Shown: piece after piece, positions 47,173 to 56,137 of the stretch
How positions within the stretch are numbered: the stretch's first letter is position 1
Layout of the letters: the number at the start of each line of letters is the position of its first letter
Assembly (NCBI GenBank): GCA_045106935.1
Contig: JBGCFN010000036.1
Coordinates: 2,678 to 66,677 of the forward strand
From: Gammaproteobacteria bacterium
GTDB taxonomy: Bacteria > Pseudomonadota > Gammaproteobacteria > UBA4575
Length of the DNA: 64,000 nt
Reading direction: 5' to 3'
Made by a program: the position numbers and the translations under genes
Notes under the pieces: model-generated
Seen by the model: only the letters and a program-made list of their open reading frames with translations
Database searches by the model: none
Told to the model about the DNA's origin: nothing

Positions 47173-47349
47173 ATGGTTTGCAATGTCGGTGATACAGAGA
47201 GAATGGCTAGAATTTTAGTTGGACTACTGATAATTGGGATAGGATTTGCACTCTCATCTTGGTGGGGAGTGATAGGAATCATACCCGTATTTACAGGAAT
47301 AACAGCTTGGTGTCCGGCCTATCTACCATTTAATATTTCTACCAAATAA
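47173..47349 (+). CDS. DUF2892 (YgaP-like) small membrane protein.
   Basis: MVCNVGDTERMARILVGLLIIGIG...GITAWCPAY. GAGG SD ahead of the ATG at 47173. The track ORF is over-extended. Confidence 0.7.
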   Translation: MVCNVGDTERMARILVGLLIIGIGFALSSWWGVIGIIPVFTGITAWCPAYLPFNISTK

Positions 47350-47466
47350 TTGGATAGTTAAACTACCAGCAGGTTTGATAAAACATATTCAAAACAAATA
47401 AATACACACCGCCCTGGTTAATCTTTAGGGCAATACATTGGAAGTAATAAAGCTTGGAGATTAGAC

Positions 47467-47781
47467 ATGTTTGGATTAGGTAAAAAGAAAGACTTCACTG
47501 CAACAATTGTTAACAGTGGACAAACTTTTGAAGTAAAGGGTGGCATTAATTTGTTGCAAGCTGCATTAAATGCTGGAATTGAATGGCCACATGATTGCCG
47601 TGTTGGCAGCTGTGGTTCATGCAGAGCAACGATCAAGAGCGGCAAAGTCAAAGCATTGAACGACTTTTCATATGTTCTTGATGGTGAGCAATTAAAAAGT
47701 GGAATGGTATTAGCTTGCCAATCCAGATTGCAAAGCGATATAGAAGTTGAAGTTGATTTCGAGCAAGGCTCAATAAACTAG
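47467..47781 (+). CDS. Plant-type [2Fe-2S] ferredoxin.
   Basis: CRVGSCGSCRATIKSG...LACQS cluster ligands. Confidence 0.85.
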   Translation: MFGLGKKKDFTATIVNSGQTFEVKGGINLLQAALNAGIEWPHDCRVGSCGSCRATIKSGKVKALNDFSYVLDGEQLKSGMVLACQSRLQSDIEVEVDFEQGSIN

Positions 47782-47792
47782 CACTAGATCAT

Positions 47793-47823
47793 ACAAGCAC
47801 GAGTTTTTATAACTCGTGCTTGT
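47793..47823. terminator. 13-bp perfect hairpin between convergent genes (no U-tract).
   Basis: ACAAGCACGAGTT-tttat-AACTCGTGCTTGT. Confidence 0.45.
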
Positions 47824-47839
47824 AAATCATGTTACACCC

Positions 47840-48628
47840 TTAACTATTTCTGTTTTTATTAATAAGTTTCGCTACGTGATAGTTAAGCAAGGTTTTATCG
47901 TTATCTGATAATACACTTCTTCGCTCTTCTAACACTTTCTTCATTTCACGTGGATTAATTACTTGGACAACAACGTGTTCGCTTGGCGATCTTACAAACC
48001 ATTCAGGAAACACCACTAAGCATTCAACATCAATCGGCTTACCTAAGCTTGCATAGAGCTTATTCTCAACCCATTGTTTTACATTTTTTAATGGTTCGAT
48101 AGGATTTGCGTCTGGCCTATAACCATTAAGCAAAATTTGCTCATCGTCATAATTAATAATAGCCTCATCATTTGATGGTGTTCGCCAGTCGCATAAATTT
48201 ACCAGTACAACACCTGATTGATTAGCAATCAGGTAATCAATCTTCTGTTTACCCATCACAACATTCTTATATACGGTACTGCCGGTTTCTTCACTATGAC
48301 TTTTGATTGCCTCATTTAATAATGGCTCACCTTTTTTACCTAAGCGCAAAAATCGAAAATGATCTTTATAATCTGCAAGCTGATAAGCAACAAAAACTAT
48401 TGATGCTATAAACAAACCAAATACAACAATCGGCATGGGCGGAACATTCATATACCAACGATAAATTTCCACCAACAGAAATGCGAATAAAAATCCGGTT
48501 ATCAAAAAATACGGACGTATTCTCTGATCCAATTTCTCACGCACAATATTATCTTGATGATTCACTTGAGTTCTCTCAAGCACATCATCATATTCAGCTG
48601 TATTTTCCGACTGCATATTACTCACCAT
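47840..48628 (-). CDS. Membrane-anchored NERD (nuclease-related domain) protein.
   Basis: Two N-terminal TM helices, then GKKGEPLLNEAI...VYKNVVMGKQKIDYLIANQSGVVLVNLCDW, the NERD pattern. Confidence 0.65.
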   Translation of the reverse strand: MVSNMQSENTAEYDDVLERTQVNHQDNIVREKLDQRIRPYFLITGFLFAFLLVEIYRWYMNVPPMPIVVFGLFIASIVFVAYQLADYKDHFRFLRLGKKGEPLLNEAIKSHSEETGSTVYKNVVMGKQKIDYLIANQSGVVLVNLCDWRTPSNDEAIINYDDEQILLNGYRPDANPIEPLKNVKQWVENKLYASLGKPIDVECLVVFPEWFVRSPSEHVVVQVINPREMKKVLEERRSVLSDNDKTLLNYHVAKLINKNRNS

Positions 48629-48968
48629 GTTATATATTTAATTATTTTATAATTTTTATCATCATTTCTTAGCAAAATGATGTACGACTCCATTGGCAAA
48701 CAACATATCAAGCAAGATATCAGCACTACTATGGAATCGGATGAGCGTATTTAGCTATAGGCTAAATGGGACGATGCGTAATTGAATAAAACAATGATGT
48801 ATTTCATGTGCATCAAAATACTAAATGGAACAAAATTACAGACGAAATCATGATACCTCAAACAATCAAATAGTTACTTTTATTGTATTTACTCAGACAA
48901 TCCAAACAAGTGATTGATAGATTCAACCACTTAAACAAACGCTACAATTCATCCGATCAAACAACTCG

Positions 48969-49982
48969 TTAAATTTGTATATTTTCATACTTAATCACAT
49001 GCGCTAATGCATCTTCAAGAATCGCACGTGATTGCGCAGAGGTTGCATGTAAAAAAGCATGCAATTCAGCATCCTGGTCATTCTTGTTTTCACATTCAGC
49101 ACTATAAATCTCAAACGCAACCAAACTTTTAATTAAGTCTGATAAATGTTTAGGGCACTCGCATTGAATTGAAGACGATATTCTCGCCAAACTACCTAAC
49201 TGCTTAGAGCTATACCGCCGCGTCGGCAGTGAATCTTCCAGATATACAGTTGAACTGTCTGTGGCAAGTAAATTTTTAGAATCACCACCCGAGCGGTCCA
49301 TGCATAAGCGAGCCAATTCATAAACATCAATTGATGACCTAATGGCACTGACTTGAGGGCTTTGTAATTGATTAATTTCGACTTGAGAACCAAATCCGTA
49401 TAGAACAATGACATGCCAAACACCCATATCTTTTAAGAGTTTTGATACATATTTTCTGGTTGCCTCATTAATAGTCGGCCGCTCGATGATGGCCACATGA
49501 ACTAATGATGCTGGTTCCTGCTGCTTCCAGCTTTCAATTGACTCAGCATGCCCAAGCAAATCTATTCCATCAAAATCGGACATTCCATCCATGACTCTCA
49601 GAGGAAAGTCTTCACCCAGCAATAGCACACGGCATAATTGATTATTTGACATCTGTCCTTCGTGAGCATTCATTTGATTGGAGCGTTGCTCACTAAGCTG
49701 CACACTATTTTCCCATTTACCTTTGAGCTCATGTACAGAGAGCCGTGCAATTGTGCCAATGGAATTACCGGCGTCAGATAAATTCTTCAACAAAAATAAC
49801 TTTGCTAGATCGTCACTACTATATACACGATCTCCAGATTCTGAACGACTCGGAACCACCGCTTGGTAACGTCTTTCCCAAGCACGAAGTGTCTCAGTCC
49901 CTATTCCGGTTATTTTTGATACCGCACCGATTTTATATTCGTCCTTACGTATTTGTGCTTCCATCTGTCCATCCTCGTACAT
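48969..49982 (-). CDS. MerR-family transcriptional regulator with an unrecognised C-terminal region of about 230 aa.
   Basis: HTH YKIGAVSKITGIGTETLRAWERRYQAV, with the effector half unlike metal- or drug-sensing MerRs. C-terminal CECPKHL...C motif. Confidence 0.7.
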   Translation of the reverse strand: MYEDGQMEAQIRKDEYKIGAVSKITGIGTETLRAWERRYQAVVPSRSESGDRVYSSDDLAKLFLLKNLSDAGNSIGTIARLSVHELKGKWENSVQLSEQRSNQMNAHEGQMSNNQLCRVLLLGEDFPLRVMDGMSDFDGIDLLGHAESIESWKQQEPASLVHVAIIERPTINEATRKYVSKLLKDMGVWHVIVLYGFGSQVEINQLQSPQVSAIRSSIDVYELARLCMDRSGGDSKNLLATDSSTVYLEDSLPTRRYSSKQLGSLARISSSIQCECPKHLSDLIKSLVAFEIYSAECENKNDQDAELHAFLHATSAQSRAILEDALAHVIKYENIQI

Positions 49983-50121
49983 TTAAGTTACATATACATT
50001 AACGTTAAATCGAACAAATAACAAGCATATACATCTATTGTTTATATAGAATTCAGTGTTCTGTACATTCTATTTTTATAAAAATTTATAATATCAGTAA
50101 GTTATATATCAAGTGATCGTG

Positions 50122-50137
50122 ATATTTGTACAGATAT
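50122..50137. promoter_or_regulatory. Imperfect 16-bp palindrome ATATtTGTACAgATAT (candidate operator).
   Basis: Seen in the MerR-like/urtA divergent intergenic region. Followed by a direct repeat ATTGCCGAT at 50136-50144 and 50152-50160. Confidence 0.3.
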
Positions 50138-50226
50138 TGCCGATTTGAAACATTGCCGATAGCGATTGAGGTTAGCCATTAAGGTTATTTCTTAAAACGA
50201 GCCATATTTGACAGATCGTCATAGCA

Positions 50227-50264
50227 CGCACCAAATTTGAACTTTCACTTTCATTATCGCACCA
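50227..50264. promoter_or_regulatory. Two CGCACCA half-sites, 31 nt apart (NtrC-like GCACCA half-sites).
   Basis: 50227-50233 and 50258-50264. They lie about 145-180 nt upstream of the sigma54-like element. Confidence 0.3.
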
Positions 50265-50405
50265 CGATAGCGCGTAAAGATGCTTCTATTTTGGGCCCAT
50301 TTATCCATGCACTCATTCCTCCACAGATTGTAAGAAATTAATTTTCTCTTTTAATTTAATGATTTAAATACACAACCCAAAATTTTTTTCATCTTAAAAA
50401 TTTTG

Positions 50406-50421
50406 TGGCACAAAACATGAA
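50406..50421 (+). promoter_or_regulatory. Sigma54-like -24/-12 element upstream of urtA (imperfect).
   Basis: TGGCACaaaacATGAA has a perfect -24 and correct spacing, but -12 reads TGA instead of TGC. Lies 107 nt before the urtA ATG. Confidence 0.3.
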
Positions 50422-50527
50422 GAGACCTAAGCAAGGGCATTACGCACAATCACAATGCAGTTACCTAAGCTGAACTTGATGCAAGCCCTCTTTTTGAACA
50501 CCCAAATTTTAATCACTGGAGAAAAAA

Positions 50528-51805
50528 ATGAAAAAGTTGAGTTTGTGGTCAGTGTTATGTGTTGAGATGATTACATGGTCATCAAGCGCATTCTCAGACA
50601 CTATTAAAGTAGGCGTACTTCACTCGCTATCAGGCACGATGGCAATTAGTGAAACCACACTAAAAGATACGGTGCTGATGATGGTTGAAGAGCAAAACAA
50701 AGCCGGCGGACTATTAGGCAAGCAATTAGAAGCAGTCGTGGTTGATCCAGCTTCAGACTGGCCATTGTTTGCGGAGAAAATGCGTGAATTAGTCGAAGTT
50801 CATAAAGTAGATGTGATCTTTGGCTGTTGGACTTCAGTATCAAGAAAATCAGTACTTCCTGTTGTTGAAGAACTTAATGGGTTACTTTTCTACCCTGTTC
50901 AATATGAAGGTGAAGAATCCTCTAAAAATGTTTTCTACACAGGTGCTTCGCCAAACCAACAAGCAATACCTGCAGTAGACTATTTGATGGATGGCGGTGT
51001 AGAGCGCTGGGTATTAGCAGGAACTGACTATGTATACCCTCGTACAACCAATAAAATTCTCGAATCATATTTAAAGCTTAAAGGTGTCGATGAAAAAGAT
51101 ATCATGATCAATTACACACCGTTTGGTCACTCTGACTGGCAAACAATTGTCTCTGATATTAAGGCGTTTGGCTCAGCAGGGAAAAAGACAGCCGTCGTCT
51201 CAACAATCAATGGTGATGCTAATGTTCCTTTCTACAAAGAATTAGGCAACCAAGGATTATCTGCTGAAGACATTCCTGTCGTGGCATTCTCAGTGGGTGA
51301 AGAAGAACTTTCAGGCATTGATACTGCACCACTAGTGGGTCATCTTGCCGCTTGGAATTATTTCCAAAGCGCAGAGAGTGAAGAAAATGATAACTTCATC
51401 GAAGCATGGCAAGCATTCATTGGTAACGAAGATCGCGTGACTAACGACCCAATGGAAGCAACTTACATTGGTTTCAAGATGTGGGCTGAAGCAGTCTCTA
51501 AAGCAGGCACAACTGAAGTCGATAAAGTACGCCCAGCAATGTACGGACTAGAAGTGCCCAACTTAACTGGCGGCACTGCAGTCATGAATACTAATCATCA
51601 CTTATCTAAGCCAGTACTCATTGGTGAAATCCAAGATGATGGGCAATTTGAGATCGTGTGGTCTACAGACAGTGAAGTGAAAGGTGATGCATGGACTGAT
51701 TACTTACCTGAAAGTGCAGTGATTGTCTCTGACTGGGCAGACCCAGCAATCAATTGTGGTAATTTCAATACTGAGACTAAGAAGTGCTCAGGACAGAATT
51801 ACTAA
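50528..51805 (+). CDS. urtA: Urea ABC transporter substrate-binding protein.
   Basis: Signal peptide, LIV-type periplasmic binding fold with the UrtA-typical start DTIKVGVLHSLSGTMAISE. First gene of urtABCDE. Confidence 0.9.
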   Translation: MKKLSLWSVLCVEMITWSSSAFSDTIKVGVLHSLSGTMAISETTLKDTVLMMVEEQNKAGGLLGKQLEAVVVDPASDWPLFAEKMRELVEVHKVDVIFGCWTSVSRKSVLPVVEELNGLLFYPVQYEGEESSKNVFYTGASPNQQAIPAVDYLMDGGVERWVLAGTDYVYPRTTNKILESYLKLKGVDEKDIMINYTPFGHSDWQTIVSDIKAFGSAGKKTAVVSTINGDANVPFYKELGNQGLSAEDIPVVAFSVGEEELSGIDTAPLVGHLAAWNYFQSAESEENDNFIEAWQAFIGNEDRVTNDPMEATYIGFKMWAEAVSKAGTTEVDKVRPAMYGLEVPNLTGGTAVMNTNHHLSKPVLIGEIQDDGQFEIVWSTDSEVKGDAWTDYLPESAVIVSDWADPAINCGNFNTETKKCSGQNY

Positions 51806-51845
51806 GTTATAGATAATCAAAATAATACGTAACCTAGTTACTAAT

Positions 51846-51874
51846 AGGGCGTTCAATAACTGGACGCCCTTTTT
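51846..51874 (+). terminator. Intra-operon hairpin after urtA (partial terminator / stabiliser).
   Basis: AGGGCGT-N11-ACGCCCT followed by TTTT. Confidence 0.55.
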
Positions 51875-51887
51875 AATAATAAAGATA

Positions 51888-53528
51888 ATGTTACTAAAAT
51901 TACCATCCATATTATTACTTTTATTCTTGCTTATCAGCACATCTTTTGCTGATGCGATTGATGAAGGCAATACTGTGCTTAGCTTCCCCGAATTAGTTGC
52001 TAATCTAACGACTAAAAAATTTGATGAAAAAGCCATCCTCATCAATAAAATTCAACAGTCAGAACATCCAAGATCACTAACTATTCTAGCCAAACTATTG
52101 GATGGAAGAATTTATTATAAAAAAGATGATAAAACAGTTGTTATTGCTGAAATTACAAAAAAAACAGCTAGCATAATAAATGCAAGTACCGGTGAACCAT
52201 TAGGTCAAACAACTAAAAAGAAACTCAAAAAAGTAGGTATTAATAACAAATTAAGGCGTGTATTAAATTCTTCTATTGCACAGCTAAGCCTGAACAATGA
52301 AGATCCTAAAATCAGAAAATCTGCCGCTGTAGAAATGTTTAAAAATATGGATGACGAGATGTCTTCTATATTACAAAAACAACTCGGCGTAGAAAAAAAT
52401 GAACATGTTATAGAAACTCTAAAAACAGCAATTTCAATTAATCAGCTTAAATCTTCTGTCTACGATGACAAGCTACAAGCAATTAAATCCTTATCTAATT
52501 CACTCTACCCTGAAGTACGTGCTGCTTTAAATCAATTAGAGAAAAATCTATCTAATGAGCCTCAAACATCACAGTCTCGAACGCTAATAGAAGCGATACA
52601 GAATTCCTTAAAAAAGATCGAATCAAGAGTAGGCATTTACAAACAAATAGAAAATATATTTTTTGGTATCAGCTTAGGCTCGGTTTTATTACTTATTGCT
52701 GTAGGATTAGCCATTACATTTGGTGTCATGGGTGTTATCAATATGGCACACGGTGAAATGCTCATGCTTGGCGCCTACACTACTTATATCATTCAGTTAT
52801 TACTACCAAACCATATTGAATACTCAATACTTATTTCAATTCCAACCGCATTTATTTTTACTGGACTAGTTGGCATTGGTATTGAACGAGGCGTGATTAG
52901 ATTTCTCTATGGTCGACCATTAGAAACTTTATTAGCCACCTTTGGCATTAGCTTAATTTTACAACAAGCGGTTAGGACACTTATCTCTCCACAAAACCGT
53001 GCAGTGTCAACACCAGAATGGATGAGCGGCTCACTTGATATCAATCCTGCATTATCTCTGACATATAACCGACTCTATATCATTATATTTGCTTTGTTAG
53101 TGCTAGCAGGATTAATGCTGTTATTAAATAAATCCAAATTTGGCTTACAAGTGAGGGCTGTGACACAAAACCGTTCCATGGCTAAAGCGATGGGTATTAA
53201 AACTGATTGGGTAGATGCATTCACCTTTGGTCTTGGTTCTGGCATTGCGGGCATAGCCGGTGTTGCACTAAGCCAGCTAACAAATGTTGGCCCCAATTTA
53301 GGTCAAGCCTACATTATCGATTCATTCATGGTGGTCGTCTTTGGTGGCGTTGGAAATCTATGGGGTACATTGTTTGGTGCAATGACTCTAGGCATCGCAA
53401 ACAAATTTCTAGAACCATCGATGGGTGCTGTGTTAGCGAAAATAATCGTATTGATATTCATTATATTGTTCATTCAAAAAAGACCTCGAGGCATGTTTGC
53501 TTTAAAGGGTCGCTCTGTAGACAACTAA
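51888..53528 (+). CDS. urtB: Urea ABC transporter permease UrtB with an N-terminal extension of about 250 aa.
   Basis: The C-terminal about 290 aa is a LivH-type permease (GVINMAHGEMLMLGAY...). The N-terminus has a signal-like MLLKLPSILLLLFLLISTSFADA and a Lys-rich helical repeat region. Confidence 0.88.
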   Translation: MLLKLPSILLLLFLLISTSFADAIDEGNTVLSFPELVANLTTKKFDEKAILINKIQQSEHPRSLTILAKLLDGRIYYKKDDKTVVIAEITKKTASIINASTGEPLGQTTKKKLKKVGINNKLRRVLNSSIAQLSLNNEDPKIRKSAAVEMFKNMDDEMSSILQKQLGVEKNEHVIETLKTAISINQLKSSVYDDKLQAIKSLSNSLYPEVRAALNQLEKNLSNEPQTSQSRTLIEAIQNSLKKIESRVGIYKQIENIFFGISLGSVLLLIAVGLAITFGVMGVINMAHGEMLMLGAYTTYIIQLLLPNHIEYSILISIPTAFIFTGLVGIGIERGVIRFLYGRPLETLLATFGISLILQQAVRTLISPQNRAVSTPEWMSGSLDINPALSLTYNRLYIIIFALLVLAGLMLLLNKSKFGLQVRAVTQNRSMAKAMGIKTDWVDAFTFGLGSGIAGIAGVALSQLTNVGPNLGQAYIIDSFMVVVFGGVGNLWGTLFGAMTLGIANKFLEPSMGAVLAKIIVLIFIILFIQKRPRGMFALKGRSVDN

Positions 53529-53532
53529 GCTT

Positions 53533-54678
53533 ATGGAAAAATCTCTCTTACAACGGTTACTTTTATCTGATACCGGCAGCAAGATACTCACGATAGTAAT
53601 AATATTTATCGCGATAGTTGTCCCTGCACTTAATTTACTTGCGCCAGTGGATTCACCACTGCATATCTCCACATATACAGTTACCTTATTAGGCAAGTAT
53701 CTTTGTTATGCCCTACTTGCTCTATCTGTAGATTTAGTATGGGGATACTTAGGCATATTAAGTTTAGGCCATGGTGCATTTTTTGCCTTAGGTGGCTACG
53801 CAATGGGCATGTATTTAATGCGTCAAATTGGTGATCGTGGCGTATATGGAAACCCATTACTTCCTGATTTCATGGTGTTCTTGAATTGGGAATCTCTACC
53901 ATGGTATTGGTTTGGCTTTGACCACTTTTCAATAGCACTATTAATGATGTTTGCTGCTCCAGGAATTCTTGCTTATGTATTTGGTTGGCTAGCATTTCGA
54001 TCACGCGTCACAGGCGTATACTTATCGATAATGACGCAGGCGATGACGTATGCCTTAATGCTCGCATTTTTTCAAAATGATTTTGGCTTTGGTGGGAATA
54101 ACGGACTCACCGATTTTAAAGAAATTTTAGGCTTCAATCTTCAAGACAACACGACACGATGTGCATTATTTGTCGCATCAGCAGTCGCCTTACTTAGTGG
54201 CTATGCTTTGTGTAAATATATTGCCCAGTCGCGTTTAGGTAGCTTAGTCATGGCGATTCGCGACTCTGAAAGTCGCGTAAGATTTATGGGTTATCGAGAT
54301 GAACATATCAAATTATTTATATTTGTTATTTCAGCCATGCTCGCAGGAATTGCGGGCGCACTATATGTCCCTCAAGTTGGCATCATTAACCCTAGTGAAT
54401 TTGCACCGATTCGTTCAATAGAGTTAGTCATATGGGTGGCCATTGGCGGGCGTGGCACATTATATGGCGCAGTATTAGGCGCATTTGTTGTCAATTATGC
54501 AAAAACTTTCTTTACAGCTTGGGCACCAGAAGCTTGGTTATTTATTTTAGGAGGTATTTTTGTATTTGTTACTGTTTTCATGCCTAAAGGTTTGGTGGGA
54601 ATTTACAATCAAGCTCGCACACGTAATACCAGAAAAAAATCTATGAAAGAATCACAAGCAAATATAAGGAATTCATGA
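53533..54678 (+). CDS. urtC: Urea ABC transporter permease.
   Basis: LivM-type permease (GILSLGHGAFFALGGY). Confidence 0.9.
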   Translation: MEKSLLQRLLLSDTGSKILTIVIIFIAIVVPALNLLAPVDSPLHISTYTVTLLGKYLCYALLALSVDLVWGYLGILSLGHGAFFALGGYAMGMYLMRQIGDRGVYGNPLLPDFMVFLNWESLPWYWFGFDHFSIALLMMFAAPGILAYVFGWLAFRSRVTGVYLSIMTQAMTYALMLAFFQNDFGFGGNNGLTDFKEILGFNLQDNTTRCALFVASAVALLSGYALCKYIAQSRLGSLVMAIRDSESRVRFMGYRDEHIKLFIFVISAMLAGIAGALYVPQVGIINPSEFAPIRSIELVIWVAIGGRGTLYGAVLGAFVVNYAKTFFTAWAPEAWLFILGGIFVFVTVFMPKGLVGIYNQARTRNTRKKSMKESQANIRNS

Positions 54679-55424
54679 TGGAAAAAAATGAATCCATATT
54701 ATATCTAAACAATGTATCAGTTAGCTTTGATGGTTTTAAAGCAATAAATGAGTTAAGTCTTTATATAGATAAGAATGAATTACGCTGCATTATTGGGGCA
54801 AATGGCGCCGGTAAAACAACAATGATGGATATTATCACTGGCAAGACCAAACCAGATGAAGGTGAAGTCTATTTCGGTGATCACATCGATCTAACCACAA
54901 AAGATGAAGCCGAAATCGCCAATTTAGGTATCGGTCGAAAATTTCAAAAACCTACTGTGTTTGAAAATCATAGTGTGTTTGAGAATTTACAACTCGCTCT
55001 TGAAGGCCATCGCAATATTTTAAGCAACCTTTTTTACAAACTTAATGAAGACCAACGCAATAAAATTGATTCATCATTAGAAACCATTGGCCTTGAAGCT
55101 GAAAAATACAGAATGGCTGGAGAGTTATCACATGGCCAAAAACAATGGTTAGAAATTGGTATGTTAATCACGCAAAATCCACAGGTGCTGTTAGTTGATG
55201 AGCCCGTTGCAGGAATGACACATCAAGAATCTGAACGTACCGCAGAGTTACTGACATCATTAGCAACACGCCATTCAGTCGTAGTAGTGGAACATGATAT
55301 GGAATTTGTCAGATCAATAGCTAGGCGAGTTACTGTCTTACATCAAGGTTCGGTACTCGCTGAAGGTACAATGGATAAAATTCAAAATGATCGTAAAGTA
55401 ATTGAAGTATATTTAGGAGATTAA
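54675..55424 (+). CDS. urtD: Urea ABC transporter ATP-binding protein.
   Basis: Walker A GANGAGKTT, signature LSHGQKQ, Walker B LLLVDEP. Confidence 0.9.
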   Translation: MMEKNESILYLNNVSVSFDGFKAINELSLYIDKNELRCIIGANGAGKTTMMDIITGKTKPDEGEVYFGDHIDLTTKDEAEIANLGIGRKFQKPTVFENHSVFENLQLALEGHRNILSNLFYKLNEDQRNKIDSSLETIGLEAEKYRMAGELSHGQKQWLEIGMLITQNPQVLLVDEPVAGMTHQESERTAELLTSLATRHSVVVVEHDMEFVRSIARRVTVLHQGSVLAEGTMDKIQNDRKVIEVYLGD

Positions 55425-55425
55425 T

Positions 55426-56115
55426 ATGTTAAGTGTTTCTTCAATTAATCAATACTATCGAGAAAGCCATACGCTTTGGGATCTTTCATTAGAGGTGCCT
55501 AAAGGCAGCGTCACATGTTTGATGGGACGAAATGGTGTTGGGAAAACAACGCTTTTGAAATGTATTATGGGATTAGAGTCAATCACAGATGGAACCATTC
55601 AATTTAAAGATACTGAAATTAGCAAATTAAATGCAGAGAAACGTGCAATCCATAAAATTGGCTATGTGCCTCAAGGCAGAGAAATATTTTCTCAGTTAAC
55701 CGTTGAAGATAATTTAAATACAGGTCTTGTAGCCAATAATTCAAGGCAATTACCTTCCATTATTTTTGAACTTTTCCCAGTCCTGAAAGAAATGTTACAT
55801 CGCCGCGGCGGTGATTTATCTGGCGGCCAACAACAGCAGCTGGCACTTGGGCGCGCATTGGCGATTGAACCTGAATTACTCATTCTCGACGAACCAACAG
55901 AGGGCATACAACCCAACATAGTGCGTGAAATTGGTGACATCATAAAAAAATTAAACGAAGAGCTCGGACTCACGGTATTATTAGTAGAACAAAAATTACC
56001 ATTTGCAAGACGTGTTGCTTCTAATTTTTGTATATTAGAAAAAGGTCGTGACGTTGCCAATGGCTCAATGAACGAATTAGACGACCAACTAATCAATAAA
56101 TACTTAAAAGTTTAA
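55426..56115 (+). CDS. urtE: Urea ABC transporter ATP-binding protein.
   Basis: Walker A GRNGVGKTT, signature LSGGQQQ, Walker B LLILDEP. Confidence 0.9.
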   Translation: MLSVSSINQYYRESHTLWDLSLEVPKGSVTCLMGRNGVGKTTLLKCIMGLESITDGTIQFKDTEISKLNAEKRAIHKIGYVPQGREIFSQLTVEDNLNTGLVANNSRQLPSIIFELFPVLKEMLHRRGGDLSGGQQQQLALGRALAIEPELLILDEPTEGIQPNIVREIGDIIKKLNEELGLTVLLVEQKLPFARRVASNFCILEKGRDVANGSMNELDDQLINKYLKV

Positions 56116-56137
56116 AAAAAGCATATAGGAGAATATT

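Noticed and set aside
50441-50505. Possible leader hairpin or attenuator just upstream of urtA (AGGGC ... GCCCT followed by CTTTTT).
   Set aside because: The stem is only 5 bp with a loop of more than 40 nt, which is not convincing without a folding calculation.
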